Shown here one piece after another: positions 17,761 to 27,556 of a DNA stretch of 64,000 bases. How positions within the stretch are numbered: position 1 is the stretch's first letter; each line of letters begins with the position of its first letter. The notes under the pieces were generated by a model that did not search any database, was not told the DNA's origin, and saw only the letters and a list, made by a program, of their open reading frames with translations. This stretch comes from a virus. The position numbers and the translations under genes are program-made. The stretch lies in IMG/VR virus record IMGVR_UViG_3300048912_000204. One strand, written 5' to 3'.

Positions 17761-18746
17761 GACGCCAGCCCGTTGAACTCGGTCGGGACCTGCTGGAAGC
17801 CGTGATCCGCCATGAGGTCCGCAATCGGGTGACCCTTGCGAGCGTCGATGTGGACTTCCTTGAAGGAACATTTCCAGCCGCATTCGCCCGGGTTGGGGCC
17901 GCTGTAGACCGGCAGGAAGCCGCCGAAGAGGGCCTGGGTCGTGGCGAGCGCGTCGCGGCGGATGGCGTCCAGCTCGAAGGGCGTGCGGGGGACCATGATC
18001 CGCTGGTGGCGCTTGTCCAGGGTCTGGGCCTTGCCCCGGCCGCTGTAGCCGGGGGCGTCTCCGGCGTTCATCGTCTTCTTGGCCTCGGAGCGGACGCACC
18101 CGTTGATGAACTGGGCCTGCGGGTGGTCGCTCTGACGGAACGCCCACTCATACAATCCGGTCTGGTCGTCCAGTTCGAGCGCGAACCGGGTGGACAGGCT
18201 GGCCGTCGACTTGGACTCGATGGCGAAGATGCCGCCCAGCTCGATGTCTTCGACCACGAGGTCGATGCGGTAGTCGAGGACGACGTCCCGGGGACCGTCC
18301 GGCGTGGTGATGGTGCCGAGGGGGGCCAGGCCCTTGTGTTCGACGTCGAGGATCCGCCACTGCGGGTCGCACCCGTAGAAGGCGATGTATCCGTCGTACA
18401 TCCAGCGCAGGGTGTCGTAGTCCTCGGCCGCCAGGTTGCTGTAGCTCTCGCCGCGCAGGGCGGCGGTGAGGCGGGCGTGCACGGCGTCGCGGGCGACGGA
18501 GAGGAGGCTGCACTCTTCGTCGGTGTCGCGCATCGGGGACAGGCCGGTGTCCGTGAAGTCCTGGTAGTCCTTGATCGTCTGGTAATGCGTTTCGAGGACG
18601 CATTCGTGCCAGGCGGAGCCGATCTGGAGCTTCTTGTCGGCGTGCAGGATCCGGTAGCCGTCCTTGTAGTGCCAGTGGTGCTTGAGGGGGCAGTCCCGGC
18701 CGGTGGTCAGGCCGGAATAGCTCACCTTCAGGGGCGGAAGGGGCAT
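17757..18746 (-). CDS. PD-(D/E)XK (RecB/Cas4-like) exonuclease
   Basis: CPLKHHW...GSAWH, RIDLVV...IESKS, QTGLYEW and C-terminal CGWKCSFKEV. Confidence 0.8.
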   Translation of the reverse strand: MPLPPLKVSYSGLTTGRDCPLKHHWHYKDGYRILHADKKLQIGSAWHECVLETHYQTIKDYQDFTDTGLSPMRDTDEECSLLSVARDAVHARLTAALRGESYSNLAAEDYDTLRWMYDGYIAFYGCDPQWRILDVEHKGLAPLGTITTPDGPRDVVLDYRIDLVVEDIELGGIFAIESKSTASLSTRFALELDDQTGLYEWAFRQSDHPQAQFINGCVRSEAKKTMNAGDAPGYSGRGKAQTLDKRHQRIMVPRTPFELDAIRRDALATTQALFGGFLPVYSGPNPGECGWKCSFKEVHIDARKGHPIADLMADHGFQQVPTEFNGLAS

Positions 18747-18967
18747 GGGAGGTGCCTCCGAGGCAGCGGGGATGAGAGTTCTACCCTAGCAACTCCTGGG
18801 GCAGGTACTACTACCCGAGAGCGGCAAGAGGCTGCTGGGCCCTGGGGATAGCCCCGATCATACGCGCAAAGGGCTCTGCAACAAACGCTGCGTACGGAAT
18901 CTGCACGGGGAAATGCAAAAGGGAGATACCGGATTGACCGGTATCTCCCTTTCGGAGGTAGGAGGGC

Positions 18968-19249
18968 TTAGCTGCCGGGAACGTCCCGCCGCTGTCCCGG
19001 GCGCTCGATCTCCCCGCGTTCCTGGGCGATCTTGACCGCGTCCGTCGGGCTCTCGGCACCGAGCGCTGCACTCGCGGCGCCGACGTAGGACCGGGCGGTA
19101 CCCACCGCGATCTCCATCTCTTCGGCGATCTGGGCGATCTTGAGGCCGTCCGCGTAGAGCTGGAGCGCCTGGGCCTGGCGGGGGTAGAGGGCGCGCTGAC
19201 GACCGCGCTTGTCGGACCAGACGCTGGTTTCGGGGGAAGTTGTAGACAT
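18968..19249 (-). CDS. LuxR-type HTH regulator
   Basis: LYPRQAQALQLYADGLKIAQIAEEMEIAVGTARSYV...ALGAES pattern; promoter-like motif at about 19285. Confidence 0.75.
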   Translation of the reverse strand: MSTTSPETSVWSDKRGRQRALYPRQAQALQLYADGLKIAQIAEEMEIAVGTARSYVGAASAALGAESPTDAVKIAQERGEIERPGQRRDVPGS

Positions 19250-19290
19250 AGAGAGTTCTCCAGGATTCAAGTGATGTGGTCTTATCTACC

Positions 19291-19920
19291 CTATGCCAGG
19301 GAGATACCTTCGACAAGCCCGGCGCGGATCAGGCCGTGCCACCAATGCAGCTCCGAGCTGCGCTGATGGTCTCCCGTGCTTCCCTTGGCCGCGTTCGCGC
19401 CGGGCGGGGAGACGGGCCGGATCTTGTTCTCCCGCAGCAGGCCGGAGATCGGGCCGGTGAGGATGGTGTTCGGCTGCCAGTCGACGTCGATGTGCGGGGC
19501 GAAGAGCATGCAGTGCATCCGGACGAAACCGATGAGCTGGGACGTCGGCATGGAGGAGCCGATCTGGGTGTACGCCTTCTCCTTGTCCAGCCGGTACATC
19601 TCGCCGTAGATGCCGTCGATGCCGGAGGTGTTGCGGACGAACCAGCGGATGAACGTGTCGGGGTCCATCTCGAACGTGTCGTAGACGCGCCATCCGGGCC
19701 ACTGGAGTTCGAACTTCCCGTCGATCTCCACGTAGTTGCGGCAGCCCAGCGTGACGCCGACGTGCCCTTCCTCGCCCTTCTTGTCCGACCCGCCCGGGTC
19801 GAATCCCATGATCACCGCGTCGTCCGGGGTGACCCGGGGGTAGACGATCGGCTCGGACCGCCGCGCAAGTCCCTGGGCGGGGACCTGCGCGACGGGGGTG
19901 GTGGGGGTGATGCTCGGCAC
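19291..19920 (-). CDS. RuvC-like (RNase H fold) nuclease/resolvase
   Basis: IMGFDPG motif, internal GE(M)YRL, C-terminal DHQRSSELH. Confidence 0.55.
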   Translation of the reverse strand: MPSITPTTPVAQVPAQGLARRSEPIVYPRVTPDDAVIMGFDPGGSDKKGEEGHVGVTLGCRNYVEIDGKFELQWPGWRVYDTFEMDPDTFIRWFVRNTSGIDGIYGEMYRLDKEKAYTQIGSSMPTSQLIGFVRMHCMLFAPHIDVDWQPNTILTGPISGLLRENKIRPVSPPGANAAKGSTGDHQRSSELHWWHGLIRAGLVEGISLA

Positions 19921-19923
19921 TGC

Positions 19924-20121
19924 TCAGTCCTCCAGCATTTCGACGGTGACCCGACCGGCGAAGACCTTGTACGGCGCGTCGAACAGCTCCGTCAGACGGG
20001 CGGCCTGCTTCTCCGCGTTGTCCTTGTCGCTCATGACGTAGTCGTTGCTGCCGCTGTGCGACAGGATGCGCTCGGCAACCTCGGCCGTGAGAGCGACGGC
20101 GTACAGGGTCCTCGTGGTCAT
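19924..20121 (-). CDS. Hypothetical protein (65 aa)
   Basis: GGAG RBS; downstream of the promoter motif at about 20155. Confidence 0.65.
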   Translation of the reverse strand: MTTRTLYAVALTAEVAERILSHSGSNDYVMSDKDNAEKQAARLTELFDAPYKVFAGRVTVEMLED

Positions 20122-20169
20122 GGGAGTCTCCTCGGTTGGTGTCTCTCGGGTATGTATCTACCCTAGCAC

Positions 20170-21738
20170 TTAGATGAGAGCCTTAACAACTCCCCAGACC
20201 AGATGGCGCATCTGCCGGTCCGTCTTCGTGGCCAGCAGCTCCCGCTTCTTCTCGTCCACCGTGCCCGGCGTGACGTAGTCCAGCGCGGTCACCGGGCGGG
20301 TCTGCCCCAGCCGGTGGATACGCCGCAGGGCCTGCTCGTTGCGGGACGGCTTCCAGGAGTGCTCCACGTAGATCACCATGTCGGCGGCCGTGAGCGTGAG
20401 CCCTTCCGAGATCGTCTCCAGGGAACCGACCAGCACATCCAGCTTGCCCGCCTGGAAGGCTTCCACGAAAGCCAGCCGGTCCCCCTTGCTCGTCCGGCCG
20501 TCGATCTGCTGGACCTTCTTACCAGCCCTGCGCGCGACCTCTGCACACGCGGTCACCGTGTCCTGGTAGTGCGCGACCACCAGCGTGGGCCGGGAACGCT
20601 CCATCAGGTCATACCGCAACTGCTCCAGCTTCCCCGACTCCCCGATGTCCCCGGTGAAGACTCCGAGGCCCGTGGCCATCTTGTCCAGCTTGATGTGAGA
20701 TGCGCCCTTGGACCAGGCCACCAGTTGGTTGCCGTCCAGGTCTGCGGCCAGGCACTCCTTCTTCATCTTCTTGTACTGCACGGTCTGCTTCGCCGTCATC
20801 GGGCACAGCACGGTCTGCACGTCCATCGGCGGGAGGTCGGTGAGCACGTCGTCCCGCTTGCGCTGGATGTACAGATCCCCCAGGTTCTCCCGGAAGAACC
20901 TCTCGTAGTGGTCGCACGGATCCCAGGCGGGCCTGGTCAGGCACTCGTCGTAGCAGTGCAGCAGCTCCTCGATGATCTGCGTGTGCTCGCCGCCGAAGCG
21001 GGACTTGGAGGTGCGGAACCACTTGGCGATCCACCGGGAGTAGCTGCCGAACTTCTGCCCGGGGCCGGACAGGCGCGGGTAGAGGAGCTGGAGCGGGGCG
21101 AACAGCTCGGGGGCGAAGTTGGATATGGGGGTGCCGGAGGCAAGCCAGACCCGGTCGGCCATCCGGGAGAGCATCTTCATGGCGAGGACCCAGCTTGTCT
21201 TGCGGCCCTTCAGAAGCTGCGCCTCGTCGCAGATGATCGTGTCCCAGTGCTGGAGGTATTCCGGGCGCGGCTCGGGGAGAACCTTGGAGACGGGGCGGGT
21301 GTGCTTGTGGCTGCCGTCCTTGTTCAGGACGGGGAACACGGGGCGTTCGGCGAAGGGGCCGATCAGCTCCCTCCATCCCGGCTCGGCTTCCAGCGTGGCG
21401 GTCTGCATCTTGCCGCTGATCCGGTTGTACCGCTGGTAGAGGGGTTTGCCGGGGATGGTCTCCCGGCGGCAGAGCGAGGTGTAGGGGGCGTAGGTGAACC
21501 GGCTGGGGTCGTCCGCCCACCGGTTGACCTCGTTCCGCCACGTCCCGGAGTCCAGGATCATGGCGGGGGCCAGTATGAGCGTGCGGCCTACGGAGGCTTC
21601 GAGGAGCTGGCGGGACTTGCCGAGGCCGGGGTCATCGGCCAGGTACGCACGCGGGTGGGTCCGCAGGAACTCCACGCCGTCGGCCTGGTAGGGACGCAGC
21701 GGCGGGTGCAGGGGCGCCTCGGTGGCGAGCGCGGTCAC
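20170..21738 (-). CDS. SNF2-like SF2 DNA helicase
   Basis: LRPYQ, ADDPGLGKS (Walker A), ICDEAQ (DExx), SGTPI, EGLTLTAAD, QALRRIHRLGQ. Confidence 0.9.
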   Translation of the reverse strand: MTALATEAPLHPPLRPYQADGVEFLRTHPRAYLADDPGLGKSRQLLEASVGRTLILAPAMILDSGTWRNEVNRWADDPSRFTYAPYTSLCRRETIPGKPLYQRYNRISGKMQTATLEAEPGWRELIGPFAERPVFPVLNKDGSHKHTRPVSKVLPEPRPEYLQHWDTIICDEAQLLKGRKTSWVLAMKMLSRMADRVWLASGTPISNFAPELFAPLQLLYPRLSGPGQKFGSYSRWIAKWFRTSKSRFGGEHTQIIEELLHCYDECLTRPAWDPCDHYERFFRENLGDLYIQRKRDDVLTDLPPMDVQTVLCPMTAKQTVQYKKMKKECLAADLDGNQLVAWSKGASHIKLDKMATGLGVFTGDIGESGKLEQLRYDLMERSRPTLVVAHYQDTVTACAEVARRAGKKVQQIDGRTSKGDRLAFVEAFQAGKLDVLVGSLETISEGLTLTAADMVIYVEHSWKPSRNEQALRRIHRLGQTRPVTALDYVTPGTVDEKKRELLATKTDRQMRHLVWGVVKALI

Positions 21739-21845
21739 TGGTCGTCCTCGCTGGGGGCGCCGGGGGCGAGACGGGCGATGGCCCAGATCCAGGCGATACC
21801 GGCGATCAGGAAACAGGCCCCGAGGATGTAGGTCCGGTGGGACAC
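21735..21845 (-). CDS. Small membrane protein (36 aa)
   Basis: Manual translation MSHRTYILGACFLIAGIAWIWAIARLAPGAPSEDDQ; AAGGAG RBS; GTGA overlap with the helicase. Confidence 0.65.
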   Translation of the reverse strand: MSHRTYILGACFLIAGIAWIWAIARLAPGAPSEDDQ

Positions 21846-22225
21846 GGTGCGGCTCCTTACGGTGTGCGGGAAATGAGTGACCCCCGACAGGGAGTCAAGG
21901 CTCGACCTGCCGGGGGTTTCACCGGGCCCTCCCCGGCCACCGTGCTTCTCTGATCAGCGGTAGCGAGGAGACTGATCAAGGAGTACGGCGGGGCTTTCAG
22001 GGTTGTGATCCCCCTCCGAGGTGGCCGGGCTTCTCGGTCCGGCCACCAGGGAGATGCAGATCACCGCCTAGGTCAGGGATGTTTCCATCGTGTCGGGCTG
22101 CTTGATCTTGATGCTGTCCGTCATGAGGGGCAATCACCTGACCTTTCGTTCGCCCGCTGGCGTTCCCAGCGGAAGAGCATGGGGCGATTGGTATCTACTG
22201 TAGCACTCAGGGCCGTTCACCCCTA

Positions 22226-22405
22226 TCACCTTGAGTGCAAGGCGAGGGTGTCGTCCACGCGGATGGTGAACCCCTGGACCACGAGGTTTTCCGCGTACTT
22301 GTTGGTGTGGTGGCCGCAGAACGTGAGGAAAAGCGCCCCGAGGCCCCAGGTCGTGTAGCCCTGCGCCCGGCACCGGTCGCATCGATCCTGCGCAGTATGC
22401 CGCAT
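22226..22405 (-). CDS. Small zinc-binding protein (59 aa)
   Basis: DRCDRC...LTFCGHH motif common in actinophage small proteins. Confidence 0.65.
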   Translation of the reverse strand: MRHTAQDRCDRCRAQGYTTWGLGALFLTFCGHHTNKYAENLVVQGFTIRVDDTLALHSR

Positions 22406-22465
22406 AGTCGTCACGCGAATCACCCCTGCTAGAAGCCCTGCGTACGAGTTGATCCTATAGTGCGA

Positions 22466-22501
22466 AGGGGCGGCAGCCCAGTACCGGCTGCCGCCCTTTT
22501 T
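22466..22501. terminator. Terminator-like hairpin after the holin
   Basis: AAGGGGCGGCAGCC...GGCTGCCGCCCCTT stem. Confidence 0.6.
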
Positions 22502-22507
22502 CACAGG

Positions 22508-22717
22508 TCAGGCGCCCTGGACCGGCTTCGCCTTGAGGGCCGCCTTGACGACGGCGAGAGCAGCCGGGATGGCTGCGAGAGCGGCGGCCTTGGTGGCGCC
22601 GAGGTCGGACAGGTTCGCGTAGTTGGACAGCTCCAGACCCAGGAAGGTCTGGACGTAGGTAGCGACGGTGCGCTCCAGTAAGTCCGTCAGGAACGCGCGG
22701 TTGCGGAATCTCTTCAC
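22508..22717 (-). CDS. Holin (r1t-like)
   Basis: DLLERTVATYVQTFLG...AAALAAIPAALAVVK pattern. Confidence 0.75.
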   Translation of the reverse strand: MKRFRNRAFLTDLLERTVATYVQTFLGLELSNYANLSDLGATKAAALAAIPAALAVVKAALKAKPVQGA

Positions 22718-22748
22718 AGGTACTCCCCTGCTTGCGACACGGGACCGC

Positions 22749-23330
22749 CTACCAGCCCCGCTGTACTGGGATCCGCACGATGAACCCCGGGGGTACGTCG
22801 GCGGCGCTCGGGTGGCCGTGAAGCTGGGCTATCCGGTCGGCGTCGGCGTTGGAGGGGGCGATCCAGCCGCAGGCCCTCATGAGCAGACGCAGGGGAAGCC
22901 CGGGGAAGACCGTGGCCGCCTGGAACGGGACTTGGCCCTCGGGACGCTTGATCGGCGGCGGGTGCGCCTCGGGGAGGTAGACCTGGTAGGCATCCGTGGC
23001 GTACTGGGGCCACATCTTGAGCCCGTTCATGTACGTCAAGGCGACGGCGGCCAGGCACTGGTTCGTCAGGCCGTCCAGGAGCCATTCCCGGTCCCGTGGG
23101 GTGCTGCGCCCGGTCGCGTCGGCCCGGGTCTCGATCTGGAAAGCCCCGACGCGCTCCCGGTCGTCCCGGAAGTCGTAGTTGACCAGGTCGATCTGGGCTT
23201 CGCCCTGGGAGCCGGAAGCCGCGAGGGCGACGGCAGCCAGGATCTCGGCCGTCTCGGGGTTGCGCCAGGTACCGGTGCGGGCCCCGGCGGCGATGAGGGC
23301 CTGCCGGAGCTGCGCGCGGGTGGCGCGCAT
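22749..23330 (-). CDS. Lysozyme-like/transglycosylase-fold protein with LysM-like C-terminus, apparently lacking the catalytic Glu
   Basis: AVALAASG in place of the usual A-x-A-E-S-G, followed by GAFQI and WPQY...YQVYL; C-terminal IAQLHG...VPPGFIVRIP. Located next to the holin. Confidence 0.55.
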   Translation of the reverse strand: MRATRAQLRQALIAAGARTGTWRNPETAEILAAVALAASGSQGEAQIDLVNYDFRDDRERVGAFQIETRADATGRSTPRDREWLLDGLTNQCLAAVALTYMNGLKMWPQYATDAYQVYLPEAHPPPIKRPEGQVPFQAATVFPGLPLRLLMRACGWIAPSNADADRIAQLHGHPSAADVPPGFIVRIPVQRGW

Positions 23331-23713
23331 CAGTCGCCCGGGGGCTGCGGGGGGACGTGCACCGGCTCGTCGTCGGTGAGCGTCCACAGCAGGGCTTCCA
23401 GCTCCGGGGGCGTGCCGTGCGTGGGGTTCACGGCGTTGCGGCGCATGTCGGAGCGGAGGTCCAGAATGTGCCTAAGGGCCAGCCGAAGTAATCGTTCCAC
23501 CTTGATCGTCTTCGCTTCCTGGTCTTCTTGGCGCTTCTCGAACTCTTCCATGCGCTCTTGGTAAGCCTTTTTGAAAAGCTCGAAGTCGCTGCTGTTGAGT
23601 TTGCGGTCTTCGGTAGCCCGGGTGTTACGGGACGTGAATCGGGCTCCGCCTAGCACGCATAAGCTCCCTACAACCGCCGCTCCGGCGCTTGCGAGGCTAT
23701 CCATGACACTCAC
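23330..23713 (-). CDS. Membrane-anchored coiled-coil protein of the lysis cassette
   Basis: N-terminal hydrophobic segment, then a charged coiled coil. Confidence 0.65.
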   Translation of the reverse strand: MSVMDSLASAGAAVVGSLCVLGGARFTSRNTRATEDRKLNSSDFELFKKAYQERMEEFEKRQEDQEAKTIKVERLLRLALRHILDLRSDMRRNAVNPTHGTPPELEALLWTLTDDEPVHVPPQPPGD

Positions 23714-23788
23714 TTGATTTGCCTCTCGGGAACTGATTCTCGGTTTATCCGATCATAACAAAGCGGGCTATTTCGTCTGAATACCCTC

Positions 23789-24067
23789 TTAGCCCTGCGG
23801 CGGGGGCTCCGAGACGGTGAAGGTCCGGCGGCCGTTCTCCTGCACCTGGACCAGAGACGTCACGACCCACGGCAGACCCTCGCACGCGCCTTGCAACGCG
23901 ACGCACAGTTCATCGATCTGATCGTCCGTGAGCAGCATGTTCGTGTTGATCGTGCCGTTCACCGAGGAGCCGTCCGTACCGGCCACGGTGTAACTCACCT
24001 GGACCTGCGTGTCGGTGGGTCCGAAGTCCGAGGACCCGCTCGGATAACGCCGTATGAGATCACCCAT
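23789..24067 (-). CDS. Hypothetical protein at the end of the tail module (92 aa)
   Basis: AAGGAG RBS before MGDLIRRY. Confidence 0.6.
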   Translation of the reverse strand: MGDLIRRYPSGSSDFGPTDTQVQVSYTVAGTDGSSVNGTINTNMLLTDDQIDELCVALQGACEGLPWVVTSLVQVQENGRRTFTVSEPPPQG

Positions 24068-24078
24068 GGAAATGCTCC

Positions 24079-25041
24079 TTATGCCAGCTCGGCGGTGCCG
24101 CCGAGGCGTACGAAGTTGGAAGCCGCCCACGCTCCGCCACCGGGAGTCGGAGAGGCGCCGAAACGGCTGAGTGCGGTACTGGTGAGCGACGTGTACGACC
24201 ACAGGGATATCGTCGTCGCTGTTTCCGCCTGGCCCACGACCAGAAGACGGTTCGAACCCGCTACCGCCTGGCCGGGGAAAGGGGTGACCAGGAAAGCGTT
24301 GGACGAGATGTTGAACGGGAGCCCTGTGATCGTCCAGGTGCCGGTGCCGAAGGTCGTGTCCGCCGCGATGGAAAGCGCGATGGAGAAGATCACGGCCTTG
24401 CCCTGGATCTGGTAGCGGATCGTCAGGGAGCCGCTGTTGACCGACATGGTGCCGGACGTCGGCGTGATCGTGAGGTTCGCGGTGTTCCAGGCACCCGCCT
24501 GAACGAGCGTCACCCACGAGGTGCCGTTGTACAACTGATCCGACGCCAGATCCGTGCGGTAGCAGCGGTCCCCGTTCGTCGGCGCCGGGAAGGCGGCGTC
24601 ACGGGCCGTCTGCGTCGGGAACCGGGGGATCACCAGCGGATCGAGCTTGGCGGCGAGCGCCTGTTCCAGCGGGTCGGCGGTGTTGTACGGCAGCGTGGAC
24701 TTGGTCGTGTAGCTCAGGGCCGACGCGTCCGCCGTGCGCTGTACCGCGATGGCCTGAGTAGCTGCCAGGTCCACGGCCTTCGGGGACAGCGCCCAGCGCA
24801 CCCCGCCGCCGAAGTCCAGCCACAGGGTGCCGATGTAGTTGTCGGGCCCGTAGAACGCCACCTGCCCGTACGGGTCGGACGTCACCGAGCTGATCGCAGC
24901 GCCGGTCAGGGTCTGGAGGTCCGTAATCGGGGACCCGCCGCTGCGCGAGTTGTAGACGGACGCCGCCGCGTTGGCATACGGCAGGCCCGAGGTCCGGACG
25001 ACTTCTCCGTCCCCGCCCGCCCCGTACAGGTACCGCGTCAT
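24079..25041 (-). CDS. Minor tail/fibre protein B (paralog of 25041..26105)
   Basis: MTRYLYGAGGDG start overlapping the upstream stop; ARDAAFPAPxxGDRCYRTD motif. Confidence 0.8.
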   Translation of the reverse strand: MTRYLYGAGGDGEVVRTSGLPYANAAASVYNSRSGGSPITDLQTLTGAAISSVTSDPYGQVAFYGPDNYIGTLWLDFGGGVRWALSPKAVDLAATQAIAVQRTADASALSYTTKSTLPYNTADPLEQALAAKLDPLVIPRFPTQTARDAAFPAPTNGDRCYRTDLASDQLYNGTSWVTLVQAGAWNTANLTITPTSGTMSVNSGSLTIRYQIQGKAVIFSIALSIAADTTFGTGTWTITGLPFNISSNAFLVTPFPGQAVAGSNRLLVVGQAETATTISLWSYTSLTSTALSRFGASPTPGGGAWAASNFVRLGGTAELA

Positions 25042-26105
25042 CAGTTGACCCTCTCCCAGAACCAGCCGTAGATCGTGACCGCGTTGAGGGGGCTGGACGC
25101 GCTCCACTGCACGGTCAGGGAGGCGCTGGTGGGCACCGTCGTGTCCCGGGTGATCTCGGATGAGCCGTCACAGCGGACCGACGCTCCCGTGGTCGTCAGA
25201 GCCGTTGTGCTGGTCATCAGGGAGTGCGAGGTGAGGTTGCCGAACCAGGTGCCGCTGGTCCCGGTGGACGTGATCGTCACGTGGGCCGTGAGCTGGAAAG
25301 GCCGCGTGGCCGAGGCGGGGTTCGAGGCCGCCGTGTACCAGTTGGAGCCCATGATCGTGCCGGTGATGCCGCCGAGACGGAACCTGATCGCCAGGTCGGG
25401 CGTCGTGTTGAGGATGACGGTCGTGATGCCGTAGGCGGTGAGCCGGTACGTGGTGCCGACGGGCATGTTCGCCCCGATCGGCACATTGATCAGCTCGACC
25501 TCGGACGCGGTCCACTGCATAGCGACCGACCCGGAGGTACCCCGGTTGGCGGCGAAGCTGGCGTTGAACCAGCCGGTCATCGCGGCGTTGTACACCTGTT
25601 CCGCGCGGATGTCCGTGCGGTAGCAGCGGTCACCGTCCTGCGGGGCAGGGAACGCCGCGTCCCGGGCCGCCGCCGTGGCGAACCGGGGGATGACGAGCGG
25701 GTCCAGCTTGTTCGCCAGGGCCTGTTCCAGGGGGTCGGCCGCGTGGTACGGCAGGGCCGCCTTGGCGGTCGTGGAGGCTCCGGCGGCGTCGGCTGCGCGC
25801 TGCGTCGCGATGACGCGGGAGGCGGTGAGGTCGACGGCCTTGGGCGACAGGGCCCAGCGGACCCCTCCGACACCGAAGTCCAGCCACAGGACCCCGATGT
25901 AGTTGTCGGGGCCGTAGAAAACGGCTTGGCCGTAGACGTCGGTGGTGACGGAGGTGACCGCCGACCCGGAGATGTTCTGGAGGTCGGTGATCCGTGTGCC
26001 GCCGGTACGGGCGTCCCACACGGAGGCGACGGAGTTGGCGTAGGGGGCGCCGGACATCTGGATAATGTCTCCGTCGCCGCCTCCGCCGTATATGAAACGC
26101 GTCAT
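25041..26105 (-). CDS. Minor tail/fibre protein A
   Basis: N-terminal about 185 aa closely similar to 24079..25041; unrelated beta-rich C-terminus. Confidence 0.8.
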   Translation of the reverse strand: MTRFIYGGGGDGDIIQMSGAPYANSVASVWDARTGGTRITDLQNISGSAVTSVTTDVYGQAVFYGPDNYIGVLWLDFGVGGVRWALSPKAVDLTASRVIATQRAADAAGASTTAKAALPYHAADPLEQALANKLDPLVIPRFATAAARDAAFPAPQDGDRCYRTDIRAEQVYNAAMTGWFNASFAANRGTSGSVAMQWTASEVELINVPIGANMPVGTTYRLTAYGITTVILNTTPDLAIRFRLGGITGTIMGSNWYTAASNPASATRPFQLTAHVTITSTGTSGTWFGNLTSHSLMTSTTALTTTGASVRCDGSSEITRDTTVPTSASLTVQWSASSPLNAVTIYGWFWERVN

Positions 26106-26118
26106 CGGTCAGTTCCCC

Positions 26119-26757
26119 TTACGCGCCCGGCAGGACAATGCCGTCGATACCGACCCAGGACGTCTGTACGCCGCTGCCCATGTAGACGACGATGCTGCCG
26201 CTGGCGGTGATGGAGATCTTGGCGGTTCCGGGAGGTGAACTCGTACCGGATACCGAAATGGTGGAAGCACCTTCGTAGTAGGGCTGGACACTACTGACGG
26301 CGACGGCGGCCGGAAGGGTTCCCAGCGTGGTATTGCTTCCGATGTTCGTGCTGTTTACGGTGCCGATGTTTCCCCAGAGCGTCCACGTATTCGTCACCGA
26401 GTTGTAGACGGCGATGGGGTTCTTGCCGTTGGCGGCCTGGAATCCGTCGGCGAGGTTGATGGCGACGGGGACCGGGGCCACGGGGGCGGTCCAGACGGTC
26501 GACCAGACGGACGTCCCGACGTCGGAGGTCTTCACGTATACGCCGGTCACCACGGTTGTGCCGCTGTTGCGGACCACGCAGATGACGCCGGACGGGGCGT
26601 TGAAGAACTTGCTGTCCCGGTCTGCCGTCGAGGTGGCCGCGAGGACTAATCGTCCGTCCATGGCGGCCACTAACTGGGATAACCAGTAGGGCATGTCGTT
26701 GGTCCCGGCACTATCCGGTATCGGTAGTCCCGAGAAGGCGCTGTACAGTGCTCCCAC
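26119..26757 (-). CDS. Minor tail protein
   Basis: Position in the tail module; AAGGAGG RBS. Confidence 0.75.
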   Translation of the reverse strand: MGALYSAFSGLPIPDSAGTNDMPYWLSQLVAAMDGRLVLAATSTADRDSKFFNAPSGVICVVRNSGTTVVTGVYVKTSDVGTSVWSTVWTAPVAPVPVAINLADGFQAANGKNPIAVYNSVTNTWTLWGNIGTVNSTNIGSNTTLGTLPAAVAVSSVQPYYEGASTISVSGTSSPPGTAKISITASGSIVVYMGSGVQTSWVGIDGIVLPGA

Positions 26758-26794
26758 GGATTTTCCCTCCTTTACTGTCGATCAACTATACCGA

Positions 26795-27556
26795 CTAAAC
26801 CGCCCGGAAACCGCCCGAGACCTTGCTGAAAATCGCGTAGCTGGCGCTTGCCGGGGTCAGTGTTGTGGGCTGTATCGCGAACCCTTTGATGGTGGGTGTG
26901 GCTGCCGTAATAGCCGTCCACCAGTCAGCCGGGATGGGGATGGTGCGGACCTCCCCCACCTCCAGTCGGAAAAACACCGGGCTGAAGGAATCCGTTCCCA
27001 GCGTGAGCACCGTCGGCAGCGCGTTGAAGTTGTGCGGGCAGAGCTGTAATTCGATGGCTTCCCGCTGGCCGTGCAGGGCGGCGATGCGGGCGACGGTGAC
27101 GGTCATGGACGTCTTGGTGGTGCCGTTCGCGGGCAGGGCGTTCGTGGTGCCGTTGTAGTACGACCAGGCCAGCAGGCCGGGGCTGTCACCGGTCGCGCTG
27201 GTATAGCCCACGTAGCCCTCGTAGCCGGGGTCGGAGGATCCCCGGACGCGCATGGTCTTCATGTCGTAGACGGCCCACCCGGTGTTCTGGGTCGTGGGGG
27301 CGAGCCAGGAGGAGTCGGTGCCGCCGACCCGGCCGACGACCAGCCAGGCGTTGCGGCCGAGGTTCAGCACCTGCACCACGTCGCCGATCTTGCGGTTGGT
27401 GTAGGAGGCCAGGCAGGGGACGCCGAAGATCTGTGCGGTGCCGTAGCGCAGGTTCACCAGGCCGTCTTCGCGGTAGGCCGAGACGAGGGCCCGCAGCGTG
27501 GTGACCGAGCTGCCGTTGGTGGTGAGCTTGGATAAAAGGCTGGCGGCATCAGACAT
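26795..27556 (-). CDS. Minor tail/baseplate protein
   Basis: N-terminal OB-like segment (PCLASYTNRKIGDVVQVL...WLVVGRVG); tail module position. Confidence 0.75.
   Translation of the reverse strand: MSDAASLLSKLTTNGSSVTTLRALVSAYREDGLVNLRYGTAQIFGVPCLASYTNRKIGDVVQVLNLGRNAWLVVGRVGGTDSSWLAPTTQNTGWAVYDMKTMRVRGSSDPGYEGYVGYTSATGDSPGLLAWSYYNGTTNALPANGTTKTSMTVTVARIAALHGQREAIELQLCPHNFNALPTVLTLGTDSFSPVFFRLEVGEVRTIPIPADWWTAITAATPTIKGFAIQPTTLTPASASYAIFSKVSGGFRAV

Noticed and set aside
17757-18746. CRISPR-Cas link from the Cas4-like exonuclease
   Set aside because: No repeat-spacer array or other cas genes; the SSB/AAA context indicates a phage recombination exonuclease.
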